A stretch of DNA of 64,000 nt from Planctomycetota bacterium. Lineage in GTDB: Bacteria; Planctomycetota; UBA8108; SXIK01. This document shows, piece by piece, positions 29,068 through 39,502 of this stretch. A model generated the notes under the pieces. That model was given only the letters and a program-made list of their open reading frames with translations, searched no databases and was not told where the DNA came from. A program made the position numbers and the translations under genes. Within the stretch, counting starts at the first letter, position 1, and every line of letters begins with the position of its first letter. The stretch spans positions 6,656,001 to 6,720,000 of the forward strand of contig OZ244999.1 of assembly GCA_965223265.1 (NCBI GenBank), read 5' to 3'.

Positions 29068-30684
29068 GGGTGACCGTCTCGTATTTCGAATTTGCGGCAC
29101 ATCTCACGCTGCTTGCGGTCGGTGTTGACGCTGGCCATCGACTCGGATCTCGGCTTTGTAGGAACGAGCGAGAACGTCCCAGGCATTGTCCCACCGAGTG
29201 CTTTGGAGAAGACTTCGAAGCGTCAGAATCGCCTGTCCGCCGCGTAGCGTCCAACGCATGCCGGACTGCTTGAGCCGCTCGCTCACGAGGGTCTTGCACG
29301 CGGCCTCTACCACGCCGCTTCCGATCGGCAAGCACGCTTCCTTGTAGGCGTGGTATTCCATTCCATTTCGCATCGAACGGAAATATTTCAGTGCGGCTGT
29401 CAACGTCTTACGAGCTTTGCCGTCAGCCTTGTCCCGTCGATACCGCACAGCACGGATGATTTTGTCGGCCCCCTGGGGATCCTCCTTCAGTGTGGTTCTC
29501 CACGACTGGAAGAATGCCCGGGCTTCCGGAGTTTCAGTCCCGTAGACCGCATCGGCGGCTTCCTTCAGATGCGCTGCAGCGTGATAGAAGTCGAGGATTT
29601 CGACTCCGCAACCGTCTCCAAGTTCCTGCAAGAACTCCCAATTGTCCGGAGCACCGTCGGCGATCTTCACCACGGTAAGGTCGGGACGTTGCTCCATCGC
29701 CCAGGTGAACTCCGCCTCCAACTGCGCCTTCAGAGTTCGCTTCTTGCTCTCTGGCATCCTCGCGAAGCGAACCGTCGAGATTCGCTTGCCGTCCTTGTCC
29801 AGGTACGTCACCGTCCCGCAGCTTGCCTCGCGATAACCGTTCTTGTTGTTCGGATCATGCTGCACCTCCTCCTTCTTCAGTGGCACGTGTACGCCGTCGA
29901 GGGAAACGGCGATGACGGAAGCTTCGGTCGGCACGCGGTCCTGGCTGCGAAGGGTTTCCTCCCAATCCAATCGGTGCGCCTCCCAATCCTCCGAGAGAAG
30001 TTTTGGTAGTCGATCCAAACTGCTGCTCGACGGAGCCATGCCACCAAATTCAGCAATGATGCTCGCGGCGTCACTCGGAGGAATTTCGGCCACCATGGTC
30101 GCCATGATCCGTGCCGCTCGCGGGGTCCACGCCCCCTCGACAATGCCGCTTCGCAATTCCAGGGGGCAGACCGAAGGGCCTCCGCCGATGGGTTGGTAGA
30201 CGTTCCTTTCGACCTTCATCGATCCAGACTGCCCAACGTACGTCTGCTCGGCGCGAAACGCTTTGCGGTGGCGGACGCCGTCCACCCGGATGTACTTGGC
30301 CTCCACGTCGTGTCGAACGAGATCCTCGGCGAGCAACTCCGTCTCACACACGGACATCAGACGGTGAACTTCCCGCTCGTGCTCCTCGAAGTCCCCACAC
30401 TCGCCGATCGGTTGCGACCGGTGCTCGCGAAGATAGTTCCGCAATGCTTCGAAGGCAGGGGTATCGAGCGCGTCGTCATCGATGTAATCTCTCTTCATCT
30501 TGGGCATCCTTTCGTAGTCGAACACTTTTTTGCGAGCGTCCTTCTACCAAAGGCTCTGCCCATTTCATCGAAAATTCATCGACACGCCCTGCTTCCGCGT
30601 TTCGCACTGCGACCAATTTGTCACGAAGCAGGGCGTTCGTCATCGTAAGTCCTTATGCGATCATCAAATGCGAGATGGCCACCC
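29068..30684 (-). mobile_element. ISKra4-family insertion sequence (1617 bp)
   Basis: Inverted ends GGGTGACCGTCTCGTATTT / GGGTGGCCATCTCGCATTT; 8-bp duplication CTTGGGCA at 29060-29067 and 30685-30692. Confidence 0.9.
29104..30525 (-). CDS. ISKra4-family transposase
   Basis: SLDG, ADGA, LDFYHA..HL, LPIGSG.VEAACK.LV..R.K.SGMRW. Confidence 0.9.
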   Translation of the reverse strand: MFDYERMPKMKRDYIDDDALDTPAFEALRNYLREHRSQPIGECGDFEEHEREVHRLMSVCETELLAEDLVRHDVEAKYIRVDGVRHRKAFRAEQTYVGQSGSMKVERNVYQPIGGGPSVCPLELRSGIVEGAWTPRAARIMATMVAEIPPSDAASIIAEFGGMAPSSSSLDRLPKLLSEDWEAHRLDWEETLRSQDRVPTEASVIAVSLDGVHVPLKKEEVQHDPNNKNGYREASCGTVTYLDKDGKRISTVRFARMPESKKRTLKAQLEAEFTWAMEQRPDLTVVKIADGAPDNWEFLQELGDGCGVEILDFYHAAAHLKEAADAVYGTETPEARAFFQSWRTTLKEDPQGADKIIRAVRYRRDKADGKARKTLTAALKYFRSMRNGMEYHAYKEACLPIGSGVVEAACKTLVSERLKQSGMRWTLRGGQAILTLRSLLQSTRWDNAWDVLARSYKAEIRVDGQRQHRPQAA

Positions 30685-31106
30685 CTTGGGCATATGCCAC
30701 CGCCCCTCGTTCGCTTCCGCTGCTACTGATCCCGAAGCCGGCCGTGTAGATCACTGCGCCGAGGATCGTCGCGATTCCCATGAGAAATACTTTCCCTCGC
30801 ATGATGTCCTCCAATGTGTGTTCAAGAGCCCTAAAAAAGAATGAAAACGCTCTGTGGCTGTCCCCCGCGTGATCGATCGCCCCTCCGCTTTTGGGTCCGT
30901 TAATGACGAAGCCCAATTCGTCTCGAGCCTTCTCGCGGCCTCATACGGTATAGGGTGCGAAAACTCCCGCACTCCCACATCGAATCTACGTGAGTCTTGC
31001 GCCTGGGTGCTCGTTCTGAGCGAAGGGCAGGTAGACAGTATTTTCTCGGGAAAAATTTCGTAGTATTCTGTGTGGCCCCGCACCTGATATTGATAAAGAG
31101 GGGGCT

Positions 31107-31742
31107 ATGCAACAATCAGAGGGCTTCGCAGGGCTGATTGAGAAGGCACGAAGGGGAGACCACAGAGCTTTCGAACGGATTGTTCTGCGATTCAACAAGC
31201 ACGTAACGGCAACTGTTTCGTCCGAATTTGGCCGCACTCTTCGGCGAAGAGTAGAAGTCGACGACCTCGTCCAGGAGACCTTCCTTCAGGCTTTTCGTTC
31301 GATCGAACAGTTTAGAGGCGAATGTGAGGGCACGCTCCAACGCTGGCTCTCTACGATCGCACGACATGTCGTGCAAGGGCAGGGTCGTAAAATGACAGCT
31401 AAGAAAGCAGGCTTTCAGCGGGAGATCGATGTACCGGTTTCGAGCATCGAGGACGTAGACACCACTCCGACGAAGGGACCGCAGCGCGAAGAACGCTTCG
31501 AGCGCCTCAAGGCCGCCATCGGCAGCCTCAGACCATCCCATCGCCAAGTGATCACCCTCGCGCGCCTTAAGGGCCTTCCCATCAAAGAGACGGCCCGGCG
31601 AATGGGACGCTCGGAGAAGGCGACGTCCGTTCTCCTTGTGCGGGCGATGCTGAAGCTAAGGAAAGCCTTCGGCGACACCGAAAGTTTGCACTTGCCACGA
31701 CGTGGACTTACGGAGGATTTCGAAAGTGACCGAGGGCAGTAA
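31107..31742 (+). CDS. ECF RNA polymerase sigma-70 factor
   Basis: A..GD..AF, DDLVQETFLQAF, WL..IAR; region 4 R.VI.L....GL..KE.A..MGRS.....LL.RA..KLR. Confidence 0.92.
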   Translation: MQQSEGFAGLIEKARRGDHRAFERIVLRFNKHVTATVSSEFGRTLRRRVEVDDLVQETFLQAFRSIEQFRGECEGTLQRWLSTIARHVVQGQGRKMTAKKAGFQREIDVPVSSIEDVDTTPTKGPQREERFERLKAAIGSLRPSHRQVITLARLKGLPIKETARRMGRSEKATSVLLVRAMLKLRKAFGDTESLHLPRRGLTEDFESDRGQ

Positions 31743-32741
31743 GAACAGCGACGATCTCGATTCAGCTGATGGCCACCGGGATGATCGCCGGTTCGAGCGA
31801 GTGGGAGAGATCGTTTCCGATTGCTCAGACCGCGTAAACGCCGGCGAAGAGGTCGACTTCGACAGAATCATCGCGGCGCATCCGGATTTGTCGCCAAACC
31901 TGGGCAAGGCCCTGCAAACTCTGCGTGCGCTCGACCAAGAGCGCCACCCGATCAGCAGCGACGGCTTTGCTCCGGGGAGGGTTCTGGGCGACTACAAGAT
32001 CGTACGCCTGCTGGGTCGAGGTGGCATGGGGATCGTCTACGAGGCCACACAGATCTCGGTAGGTCGACGCGTCGCACTCAAGGTTCTCCCGGTGGGTCTG
32101 TTGGCAAACCGTCAGGCTGTGACCCGGCTCATGCGAGAGGCCCGCACCGCGTCGAAGATCGACCATCCTTACATATGCACTGTCTTCGACGCAGGCGTGG
32201 TCGACGACGTTCCCTACATAGCCATGCGCTTCGTCGAGGGTGACACCCTGTCCAAAAGGGTCTCGGAGGCGAAGGGCAACAGAAAACCTATTTCTGTGTC
32301 GACAGAGTGGGTTTTGGACCTCGAACTCTCAGACGACGAGGAGCATGAAAACGCCGATCTCGACGAGTCCGCACCCTCGACTCAATCGGAGATCTATTCG
32401 GTGCTGCATTTCATCGAGCGCGTCGCCAGAGCACTCCACGTCACCCACGAGGCAGGACTCATTCACCGTGACATCAAGCCGAGCAACATCATGGTGACCA
32501 AAGAAGACGCGCCCGTCATCCTCGACTTTGGACTGGCACGCGAGGACAGTCCCGATTCCTCGACTGTGACTCAAAGCGGGATTCTACTCGGCACGCCGGC
32601 CTACATGTCACCCGAGCAAATTGTAGCGGCAGGGATGACTGAGGACGGGGACGGGGGGGATTCCAATCCCAAAGAAGAGAGACCAGCGATCGATCGGCGC
32701 TGCGACGTGTTCTCCCTCGGTGTCACCCTCTACGAATGCCT

Positions 32742-34149
32742 CATAGATTGGGAGGTTAGCCGTAACCGATTATGGGATCGATGTCTACGGTCTCGAAGGC
32801 GTTCTTCGTTTGCGGATTCGTTCGTCCGGCTGTCGATCGCAAGAGGAGAAGAACGCGTTTGAGCATCGCGACAAGGGAGCGCGGCTTCGAGATGCAAGCT
32901 CGCCCGACGTCCCTGAAGAATGTCCAGCTCAGGTCGGCGGCGATGAACGGTGCGGCATGCTTCCCTGTGTTTCGAAACGCTGAATAGAGTAGGAACCTTC
33001 GGACAAGCACGGCGAGCATGCTCGCCCAGACGAGTCCTTCGACGATGTGAGGATCCTTTGTCTGGAACTTCCGCAAGTTGGTGAACGACTTGCATTCTTT
33101 GAAAAAGAGCTCGATCTGCCAACGCAGTCTGTAGAGAGCCGCGACGATGCTCGGTGGAAACGCTCTAGGGCACAGCGTAGTCAACAGGTACACGTGGACG
33201 TCCTTGTGTCTCACATAGAAGATGACGAGCCGAAGGCAGTGGCCTTTCCCTTCGATAAGCAGATCGACGTTGCTCTTGGGAAGTTTCAGATCGCGAAGTT
33301 TCATCCCTTCCGTTGTGCGGTGCTTGAAGGGACCACGGTAGCACTTGCGGATCTTGGGATTGAACGCCTTGTGGCTCATGCGGCCGAGGAAATCCCCGCC
33401 CGCGGCTCTCACCCGAGCGGGATACTCGTAACTGGTGTACCCCTTGTCCCCCAGGATGAGTTTGCCGGCAACCTCTTCCGGCTCAGGAAGGAAGTCTCGC
33501 TCTGTTTCACTATCGGGCGCGACAGCCACCGCTACCGGTTGGCCGTCGTAGAGACTGTACGTGCAGTGCACTTCGATCGCTGCAGGGGAGATCTTCGTAA
33601 ATCGTCCTGGGAAGTAATCGACGAGTGAATCATTTACCTCGAACGAGCTCCCGTCCTGCGCAACGATGTCTTCGAATCGCCGAAGATACCGTGATCTGCC
33701 GTGTCGAATGGGATCGGACAACTCGCTCATGAACAAGGCCAGCGTCTTACGCATGAACTCCGGAAAGCCGGGAACTGAAAGGCGATCGTGGAACGGCTTG
33801 TAGGACATCGACTCGCCCGTCAGATCGGTAAACAGTCTCAAGACTGCCGCGAGACTGTTTGTCGTTCCCGATCCCATCGCGGTCACGAACGTCCAGACCG
33901 CACGAATAGGCGTGAACTTTCGCAGCCGCTCGAAGAAAACTGCTTCGGACGCGATCGTGTTGATGCTTTTTTCCGAGAGGACCCGTTTCAACGCAGACGC
34001 ACACCGGATAAAATCGTGGCTCATTGTTTGCCCTCCACTTCTTGTTTGGCGATGAGCTGTGGAGGGTTTTTTTACGCGAAAACCAGCGCCCCGTCGATGA
34101 ATCGTCGTAAGTCATCGCCACGATGAGACTTACTAACATCCAATCTATG
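32742..34149 (-). mobile_element. IS4-family insertion sequence (1408 bp)
   Basis: Inverted ends CATAGATTGG..GTTAG; 10-bp duplication ACGAATGCCT at 32732-32741 and 34150-34159. Confidence 0.92.
32756..34024 (-). CDS. IS4-family transposase
   Basis: QDGS, GDKGY, YRLRWQIELFFK (Y-R-E-K signature). Confidence 0.92.
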   Translation of the reverse strand: MSHDFIRCASALKRVLSEKSINTIASEAVFFERLRKFTPIRAVWTFVTAMGSGTTNSLAAVLRLFTDLTGESMSYKPFHDRLSVPGFPEFMRKTLALFMSELSDPIRHGRSRYLRRFEDIVAQDGSSFEVNDSLVDYFPGRFTKISPAAIEVHCTYSLYDGQPVAVAVAPDSETERDFLPEPEEVAGKLILGDKGYTSYEYPARVRAAGGDFLGRMSHKAFNPKIRKCYRGPFKHRTTEGMKLRDLKLPKSNVDLLIEGKGHCLRLVIFYVRHKDVHVYLLTTLCPRAFPPSIVAALYRLRWQIELFFKECKSFTNLRKFQTKDPHIVEGLVWASMLAVLVRRFLLYSAFRNTGKHAAPFIAADLSWTFFRDVGRACISKPRSLVAMLKRVLLLLRSTAGRTNPQTKNAFETVDIDPIIGYG

Positions 34150-35622
34150 ACGAATGCCTAACCTTGACGCATCCCTTTAGCGTCAAAAGTCGAGACGTGA
34201 CGTATCAGAGAATCCTTCACGCTGATCCCGTCAACCCGAGGCGCATCAACCGCAGCATTTCGCGCGACCTCCAGGGTGTCATTGAGAAGGCGCTCGAGAA
34301 AGATGTAAAGCTCCGCTATCAGACAGCGCTCGAGTTTGCCGAAGACCTGCGACGGATCCGAGAGCACGAGCCGACAATTGCGCGCCGGGTTGGGATGGCG
34401 GTTCGAACAGGTCGCTGGATACAAAGGAACCCGCTCGCAGCGACGTTAATCTTAGTTCTGACGCTCGGCTTTGGCGCGTTCGCGGCCTTCGTCCACCAAT
34501 GGGTTGAGGCGGCAAGGCGAGGCGAGATTCTCAAAATCTTAAGTGAGCATCAGACGTCGATCCCTTCCGAATACAGAGCCGAGAGGGCGGCGAGACCTGC
34601 CATGGACCCGGCGTCCAAGCAGATCACCTTCGGCATGTACGAGTACATCAGCGCAAACAAGATAATGGAGAAGTTCGATCCTCTCCTGGCACACTGCGAG
34701 AGGGAGTTAGGGGTTCGTATCAACGTTGCAGTGTATGACTCCTATTCCATCGGCCGAGAGGCGCTTCGACGAGGCATCGTTGATTTCGCTCGTTTTGGCC
34801 CGGTGTCCTACGTTCTGGCCAAAGAGGAGGACCCTGGCATCACAATCCTAGCTATAGAAGAGCGAGACGGAGGAGCGTTGTTCAGCGGGTACATCGCAGT
34901 TCATGAGGACAGCGACATTCAAAGCCTCGCCGATTTGAAGGGGAAGGCTTTTGCCTTCGGCAACACCGACTCTACCTCCGGACGCTATTTGTCACAGGCG
35001 TTGCTGGCGACTCATGACATCTTCGCTGACGACTTGAAATCATACGACTACCATGCCAACCATGAGGAAGTAGCGAAGGCGGTCCTCTCTCGCGATTTCG
35101 ACGCTGGCGCAATGACCGAAAGCACATTCAAGACGTACGAAAGTAAGGGGCTCAGGTCCATCGCCAGCTTTCCGATCCGCACCAAGCCCGTGGTGGCGAG
35201 GAGTCAGCTTGACCCAGAGATCATCTCAGCGCTCAAGAAAGCGCTTCTGACCCTCAAATTCTCAGACGATGAGAACATCCTCAAAGCGCTGTCAAGCAAA
35301 TCCACCGGATTCCGCCCGGGAGAAGACGCGGCGTACGAGAAGACGCGAGAGGGAATGCGCGATGCGAAGAGATTCCTAAACCGCTGACGACAGGGTCGTG
35401 GCGCACGCCCGTGGCAGAGTAGCAGACACACCCCCGCGTGCCAGCGCAGCGAAGCGTGGAACACATCGCGCTGTGCGTCCTTGAGAGGTTAGCCAGTCAG
35501 GTTCTCAGGTTCCGACGGAATTCGACGTGCTGTCGACACACGGAGGCGGTACGATCGTCTTTTTCGTACCGGCCGTTCGTCGAGCCTGGTGACCCGCTAC
35601 TGTTTGTGCTTCGACCCGCGCA

Positions 35623-36270
35623 ATGCCCGACTACGCTCTGATGAACCAATTGCTCTACCTCGGCAAGGCTGCGGAGGTCAAAGCGATGACCGAGACAGCT
35701 CTTACGGACGGGCGCCCAGTTGAGGAAATTCTCGAGGACGGGTTGATCTGTGGGATGAACGTCGTCGGCGAAGACTTCAAACACAACCGCCTCTATGTGC
35801 CTGAGGTGTTAATCGCGGCGCGGGCAATGAAGGCAGGCGTCGAGGTGTTGCGGCCGCTCTTGACCAAATCCGACAATGTCAAACCGGCGGGTACGCTCGT
35901 CATGGGCACCGTCAAGGGAGACTTGCACGACATTGGAAAAAACCTCGTCTGCATGATGGCCGAAGGCGCCGGATTTAAGGTGATCAACCTTGGGGTCGAC
36001 CAGGCAGCCGAGAACTTTGTCAACGCCGTGAAGGAACACAACGCAGACATCGTCGGCATGAGCGCGCTGCTCACGACAACGATGGTCTACATGAAAACTG
36101 TTGTAGATGCTTTCAAAGAATCTGGGCTCGACCAAGTGAAGACGTGCGTTGGTGGCGCGCCGGTCAGTCAGATGTTCGCCGACGAGATCGGCGCCGATGG
36201 GTATGCGGCGGATGCTTCGAGCGCGGTGGAGCTGTTCAAGTCGCTACGCCCAGCAGCGGTTGACGGTTAG
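35623..36270 (+). CDS. Corrinoid (cobalamin-binding) methyltransferase protein
   Basis: Cap domain GM..VG..F....YVPEVL.AARAM; GTVKGDLHDIGKNLV, SALLTTT, VGGAP. Confidence 0.95.
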   Translation: MPDYALMNQLLYLGKAAEVKAMTETALTDGRPVEEILEDGLICGMNVVGEDFKHNRLYVPEVLIAARAMKAGVEVLRPLLTKSDNVKPAGTLVMGTVKGDLHDIGKNLVCMMAEGAGFKVINLGVDQAAENFVNAVKEHNADIVGMSALLTTTMVYMKTVVDAFKESGLDQVKTCVGGAPVSQMFADEIGADGYAADASSAVELFKSLRPAAVDG

Positions 36271-36452
36271 CAGCCTGCCTGAAAAAGTGCTTCGAGCCGA
36301 AAACTGGTCTCTTCGCGTCCAGATCGGCCGCGGCAAACGCAGGCAATCTTCGGGCCCTCTTCTTTCGATTCTGATGGCGAGTTTGACGCGGCCCGTCTGG
36401 GCGTGAAGAGACCAGTTTCTTCGGCCGAATGACTTTTTCAGGCGGGCTGTTA
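36268..36452 (+). repeat. ~185-bp palindromic dispersed repeat, copy 3 of 3
   Basis: TAG-CAGCCTGCCTGAAAAAGT ... ACTTTTTCAGGCGGGCTG-TTA; the TAG is the stop of the corrinoid gene; TTAG flanks both sides. Confidence 0.9.
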
Positions 36453-36497
36453 GCTCGAGTCATCAGCCGTTGAGTGTGCGCCATGAAAATGGGAGCT

Positions 36498-38126
36498 ATG
36501 CCCCTGAAGCTTGAAATCAATGCTCGATCGATCCCGGCTGAGAAAGGCCGCTCGCTCTTCGATCACGCAGAGTCAGTCGGAATCCACGTGCCGACCTCGT
36601 GTCGAAAGCAAGGCAAATGCCGCGAGTGTCTTGTCGAAGTGACCGCCGGCATGGATCTCCTCAACCCTCGCTGCCGTGAGGAAGAGCATCTAAGCGGCGC
36701 GTTCCGTCTTTCGTGCCGAGCACACCCGGTCGAGACAAACGGAACGGTGCGTTGCCACACGTTGCGTCGAGCCGCTATGCGCATCGACGAAGGAATGACA
36801 CAGCCGCGCCGCCGTTTTCCGCTCGAGCCCGCAGTGGTTCGCCGGGCTGACACGGTCCTGCTCGATGGTCGAGAAATCGGGACGTCGAACAAACCACTCT
36901 ACGGTCTCGCCGTCGACCTCGGAACCACTACCGTCGTGATGCGTTTAGTGAACCTCGAGACCGGAGAGATCACCGCGGCGCAGTCGTTCGAAAACCCGCA
37001 GCGATTTGCTGGCTCCGACGTCATGGCTCGCATTTGCTTCGACACCGAGCATCCCGGACGGCTGCAACAGCGAACACTTCTCGGCTATATGTCGCGAGCC
37101 ATCGAGTCGTTTCCGTGTTCTTCAGACACGATCTACGAGATGGTCGTCGCCGGTAACGCTACCATGCGCGACCTGTTCTTCGGTCTTGACGTTCGCTCCA
37201 TTGGTCAGCGCCCCTACCGTTCGTTGACCGAACACGAGCTTCTGGCCGGGAAACGGCAGACCACGAGCCTCGTGGCCGCAGCACGTCGCCTGCGGTTGCC
37301 GCTGCACGCCGAAGCGCGTATCTACGGCCTTCCGCTCGTTGGCTGCCACGTCGGAGCTGACGCCGCTGCGTGCTTACTCGCGATCGACCTCATGAACGAA
37401 CGACGAACAGTCGCCCTCATGGACATCGGCACCAACAGTGAGCTCATCGTCGGCCATCGCGACCGGGCACTCGCTGCTTCTTGTCCCGCCGGACCCGCTT
37501 TCGAAGGCGGCAGTATCGCATGTGGCATGCCTGGTCTCGACGGCGCCATCGAAGGCGTCAAGCTCGCATTGGGAGACGCACCACACCTCAAGATCATCGG
37601 TGACGGTCGCGCCGCCGGCATTTGCGGTTCAGGTCTCGTAGAACTGTTGAGTGAACTGCTGCGGACCGAACAGATGACGGAGCTCGGCCGCCTTGGGCAC
37701 GGCGTGCCACGATTCGATCTCGACAACTCAGGCAAAATCTTCCTCGAAGAACGCGACATCAGCGAACTCGCGCAGGCGAAGGGCGCCAACGTGGCCGGGC
37801 TTCGCATCGTAACGAAGAACTACGGCATCGACTTTGATGAAATCGACACCTTCTATCTCGCCGGCGGATTCGGGCGGCATCTCTCCGTCGACGCGGCTCG
37901 ACGCATCGGTCTGATCCCTGATCTACCTGACGATAGAATCGTACAGCTAGGAAATGCTTCGATCGAAGGCGCCACGTACGCACTTCTTTCGGTACCGCAG
38001 CGCATGCAATTAGAGGATTTCGTGTGTAGAATCGGTCACGTTGAACTCGAGACGGACTCCGACTTTTTCGACCATTTTGTCGAAGGCTGCCAATTTCAGC
38101 GCTTGCAGAGTGTGGCGAAGGAATAG
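36498..38126 (+). CDS. ATP-dependent reductive activator of corrinoid proteins (RACo-like; 2Fe-2S + ASKHA)
   Basis: CRKQGKCREC...RLSC; DLGTTT, NPQ...G.DVMARI, DIGTNSE, AGPAFEG, GICGSG, LAGGFG. Confidence 0.92.
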   Translation: MPLKLEINARSIPAEKGRSLFDHAESVGIHVPTSCRKQGKCRECLVEVTAGMDLLNPRCREEEHLSGAFRLSCRAHPVETNGTVRCHTLRRAAMRIDEGMTQPRRRFPLEPAVVRRADTVLLDGREIGTSNKPLYGLAVDLGTTTVVMRLVNLETGEITAAQSFENPQRFAGSDVMARICFDTEHPGRLQQRTLLGYMSRAIESFPCSSDTIYEMVVAGNATMRDLFFGLDVRSIGQRPYRSLTEHELLAGKRQTTSLVAAARRLRLPLHAEARIYGLPLVGCHVGADAAACLLAIDLMNERRTVALMDIGTNSELIVGHRDRALAASCPAGPAFEGGSIACGMPGLDGAIEGVKLALGDAPHLKIIGDGRAAGICGSGLVELLSELLRTEQMTELGRLGHGVPRFDLDNSGKIFLEERDISELAQAKGANVAGLRIVTKNYGIDFDEIDTFYLAGGFGRHLSVDAARRIGLIPDLPDDRIVQLGNASIEGATYALLSVPQRMQLEDFVCRIGHVELETDSDFFDHFVEGCQFQRLQSVAKE

Positions 38127-38179
38127 CGGACTCGTTGACCGCCGGGGGCACGATAATCAGAGGCACTAACTCGCAAGCG

Positions 38180-39502
38180 ATGATCAGACGACATTTGCGT
38201 AACGTGATGGCCTCTGCGATGGCAGTTGAGAAACCGGATATTGTTCGACTCCTCGGCTATCCGCAAGGCCACGCATGCAGTGAGGAGGTCGAAGAACTCA
38301 TCCACTCAGCGCGACAGTGGTACGCTGAGAACGGTCGTCCGTGGGTCTGCATGAGCGCTCACCGCATCAACTCGATCGCGAGCGGCGAGGTGCGTCTCGA
38401 CTGTGGCTCTATCCTCAAGAGCGAGACCCTATCAAGAAGATTCGACGAGGCCGGGGTCGACGTGGCTGTCGCTGCCGGCATCAGCGCAGGCGACGAACTT
38501 AGCCGCGAGGTCCATGGGCTTTGGCAAGCCGGTCGACCCGATGCAGCATTCGTCCTCGACTCCGTTGGTTCCGCGATCGCGGAACAGCTTGTGCAGGCTG
38601 TCCGAGTTCAACTGTGCGAAGACGTCGAAGAAGACGGCTATGGGGTTCTGTCTCACTATAGTCCCGGGTACGCCGGCTGGAGCCTCGACGATCAACGCAC
38701 TCTTTTCGCCCTACTGCGGGAACGTGAATCGACTGCTGTCAAGGACGCCGCGCCCGACGCAATCGAAGTTCTCGAGTCGGGAGCGCTGCGACCTCCGAAG
38801 TCCCTCCTGGCTCTGTTCGGATGCACTCCACGCCACTTGGCTCGCGGCGCAACACGGGTGCCGTGCAGAGATTGCACCCATTCGCCGTGCACCTATCGCC
38901 GAGCACCGTTCGAGTCCCGCTCGGTGTCAGAGATCGCAAGCGCAGTGCCGGCCGAGACTGCAGCGCGCAAATCCCGACGGTTGGAGCAGAAACACCGGCG
39001 CGACGTTCTGTCTGAATTCGCGTTCCCCGAGAAAGCACTCTCACGCTGGTCGCGTGACCATCTGACGTTGAGCAAAACTGCTGACGGAAGCGTTCACGCT
39101 CGATTCCTCTATCATGGTACCACTTGCACCAATCTCGGCGTTCCTGTGACGATTCCGTTCGACGTTGACCTTGTTCGCACCGCTGATAAAGACTACATTG
39201 TCGCGCGCGCCTCATACAGTTTCGACGAAGAGCTTCAAGGCTTTCGAGCGATGTGCGCTTACCTGACAGACCCAAATTCGATCTCGGGATCGTCTGCCTG
39301 CCCACCGCTCGAAGGTCAAAGATTGAGCGCTGCCCTCGACTGGCACCCCGAAGTCACTCCGTCGGGCTGTGTTTGCTCACAAACGGACCGTGATCATAAG
39401 TGGCGCATCGTCCTACAAACGATTCTTTACGCCCTCTCTGCTCCGGTCGAGTCCACCGCCTCGCAGGGAAGCGACGAGATTCGAGGCTACGTTGCAACAT
39501 GA
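38180..39502 (+). CDS. MetH reactivation-domain-like protein with extra C-terminal Cys-containing domain
   Basis: LD..GS..AE, YSPGY.GW.L.DQ, L.P.KS, C..C....C.YRR; unrecognised C-terminal ~150 aa with TTCTN, MCAY, SGCVC. Confidence 0.75.
   Translation: MIRRHLRNVMASAMAVEKPDIVRLLGYPQGHACSEEVEELIHSARQWYAENGRPWVCMSAHRINSIASGEVRLDCGSILKSETLSRRFDEAGVDVAVAAGISAGDELSREVHGLWQAGRPDAAFVLDSVGSAIAEQLVQAVRVQLCEDVEEDGYGVLSHYSPGYAGWSLDDQRTLFALLRERESTAVKDAAPDAIEVLESGALRPPKSLLALFGCTPRHLARGATRVPCRDCTHSPCTYRRAPFESRSVSEIASAVPAETAARKSRRLEQKHRRDVLSEFAFPEKALSRWSRDHLTLSKTADGSVHARFLYHGTTCTNLGVPVTIPFDVDLVRTADKDYIVARASYSFDEELQGFRAMCAYLTDPNSISGSSACPPLEGQRLSAALDWHPEVTPSGCVCSQTDRDHKWRIVLQTILYALSAPVESTASQGSDEIRGYVAT

Larger units (their letters stand above)
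28413..30802 (-). pseudogene. Secreted histidine-phosphatase-superfamily protein interrupted by ISKra4
   Basis: GGAGG RBS + signal peptide MRGKVFLMG...; removing the IS and one duplication gives in-frame AYAQEAETILYFVRHAE; LN.LG..RA, S.KIRTRQT, VAAHS motifs. Confidence 0.85.
31726..35387 (+). pseudogene. Ser/Thr protein kinase - TM - PhnD-like phosphate/phosphonate-binding domain fusion, interrupted by IS4
   Basis: LGRGGMG.VY, VALK, HRDIKPSN, DFGLA, GTPAYMSPEQ, DVFSLG; removing the IS rejoins LYECLTLTHPF in frame; TM helix; PhnD motifs DLKGK.FAFG...STSG.., H..V..AV.....DAGA. Confidence 0.88.

Noticed and set aside
35388-35622. Cobalamin or SAM riboswitch upstream of the corrinoid operon
   Set aside because: No B12-box or GCCACTG/GGGAAG elements and no SAM-I core motifs found by eye
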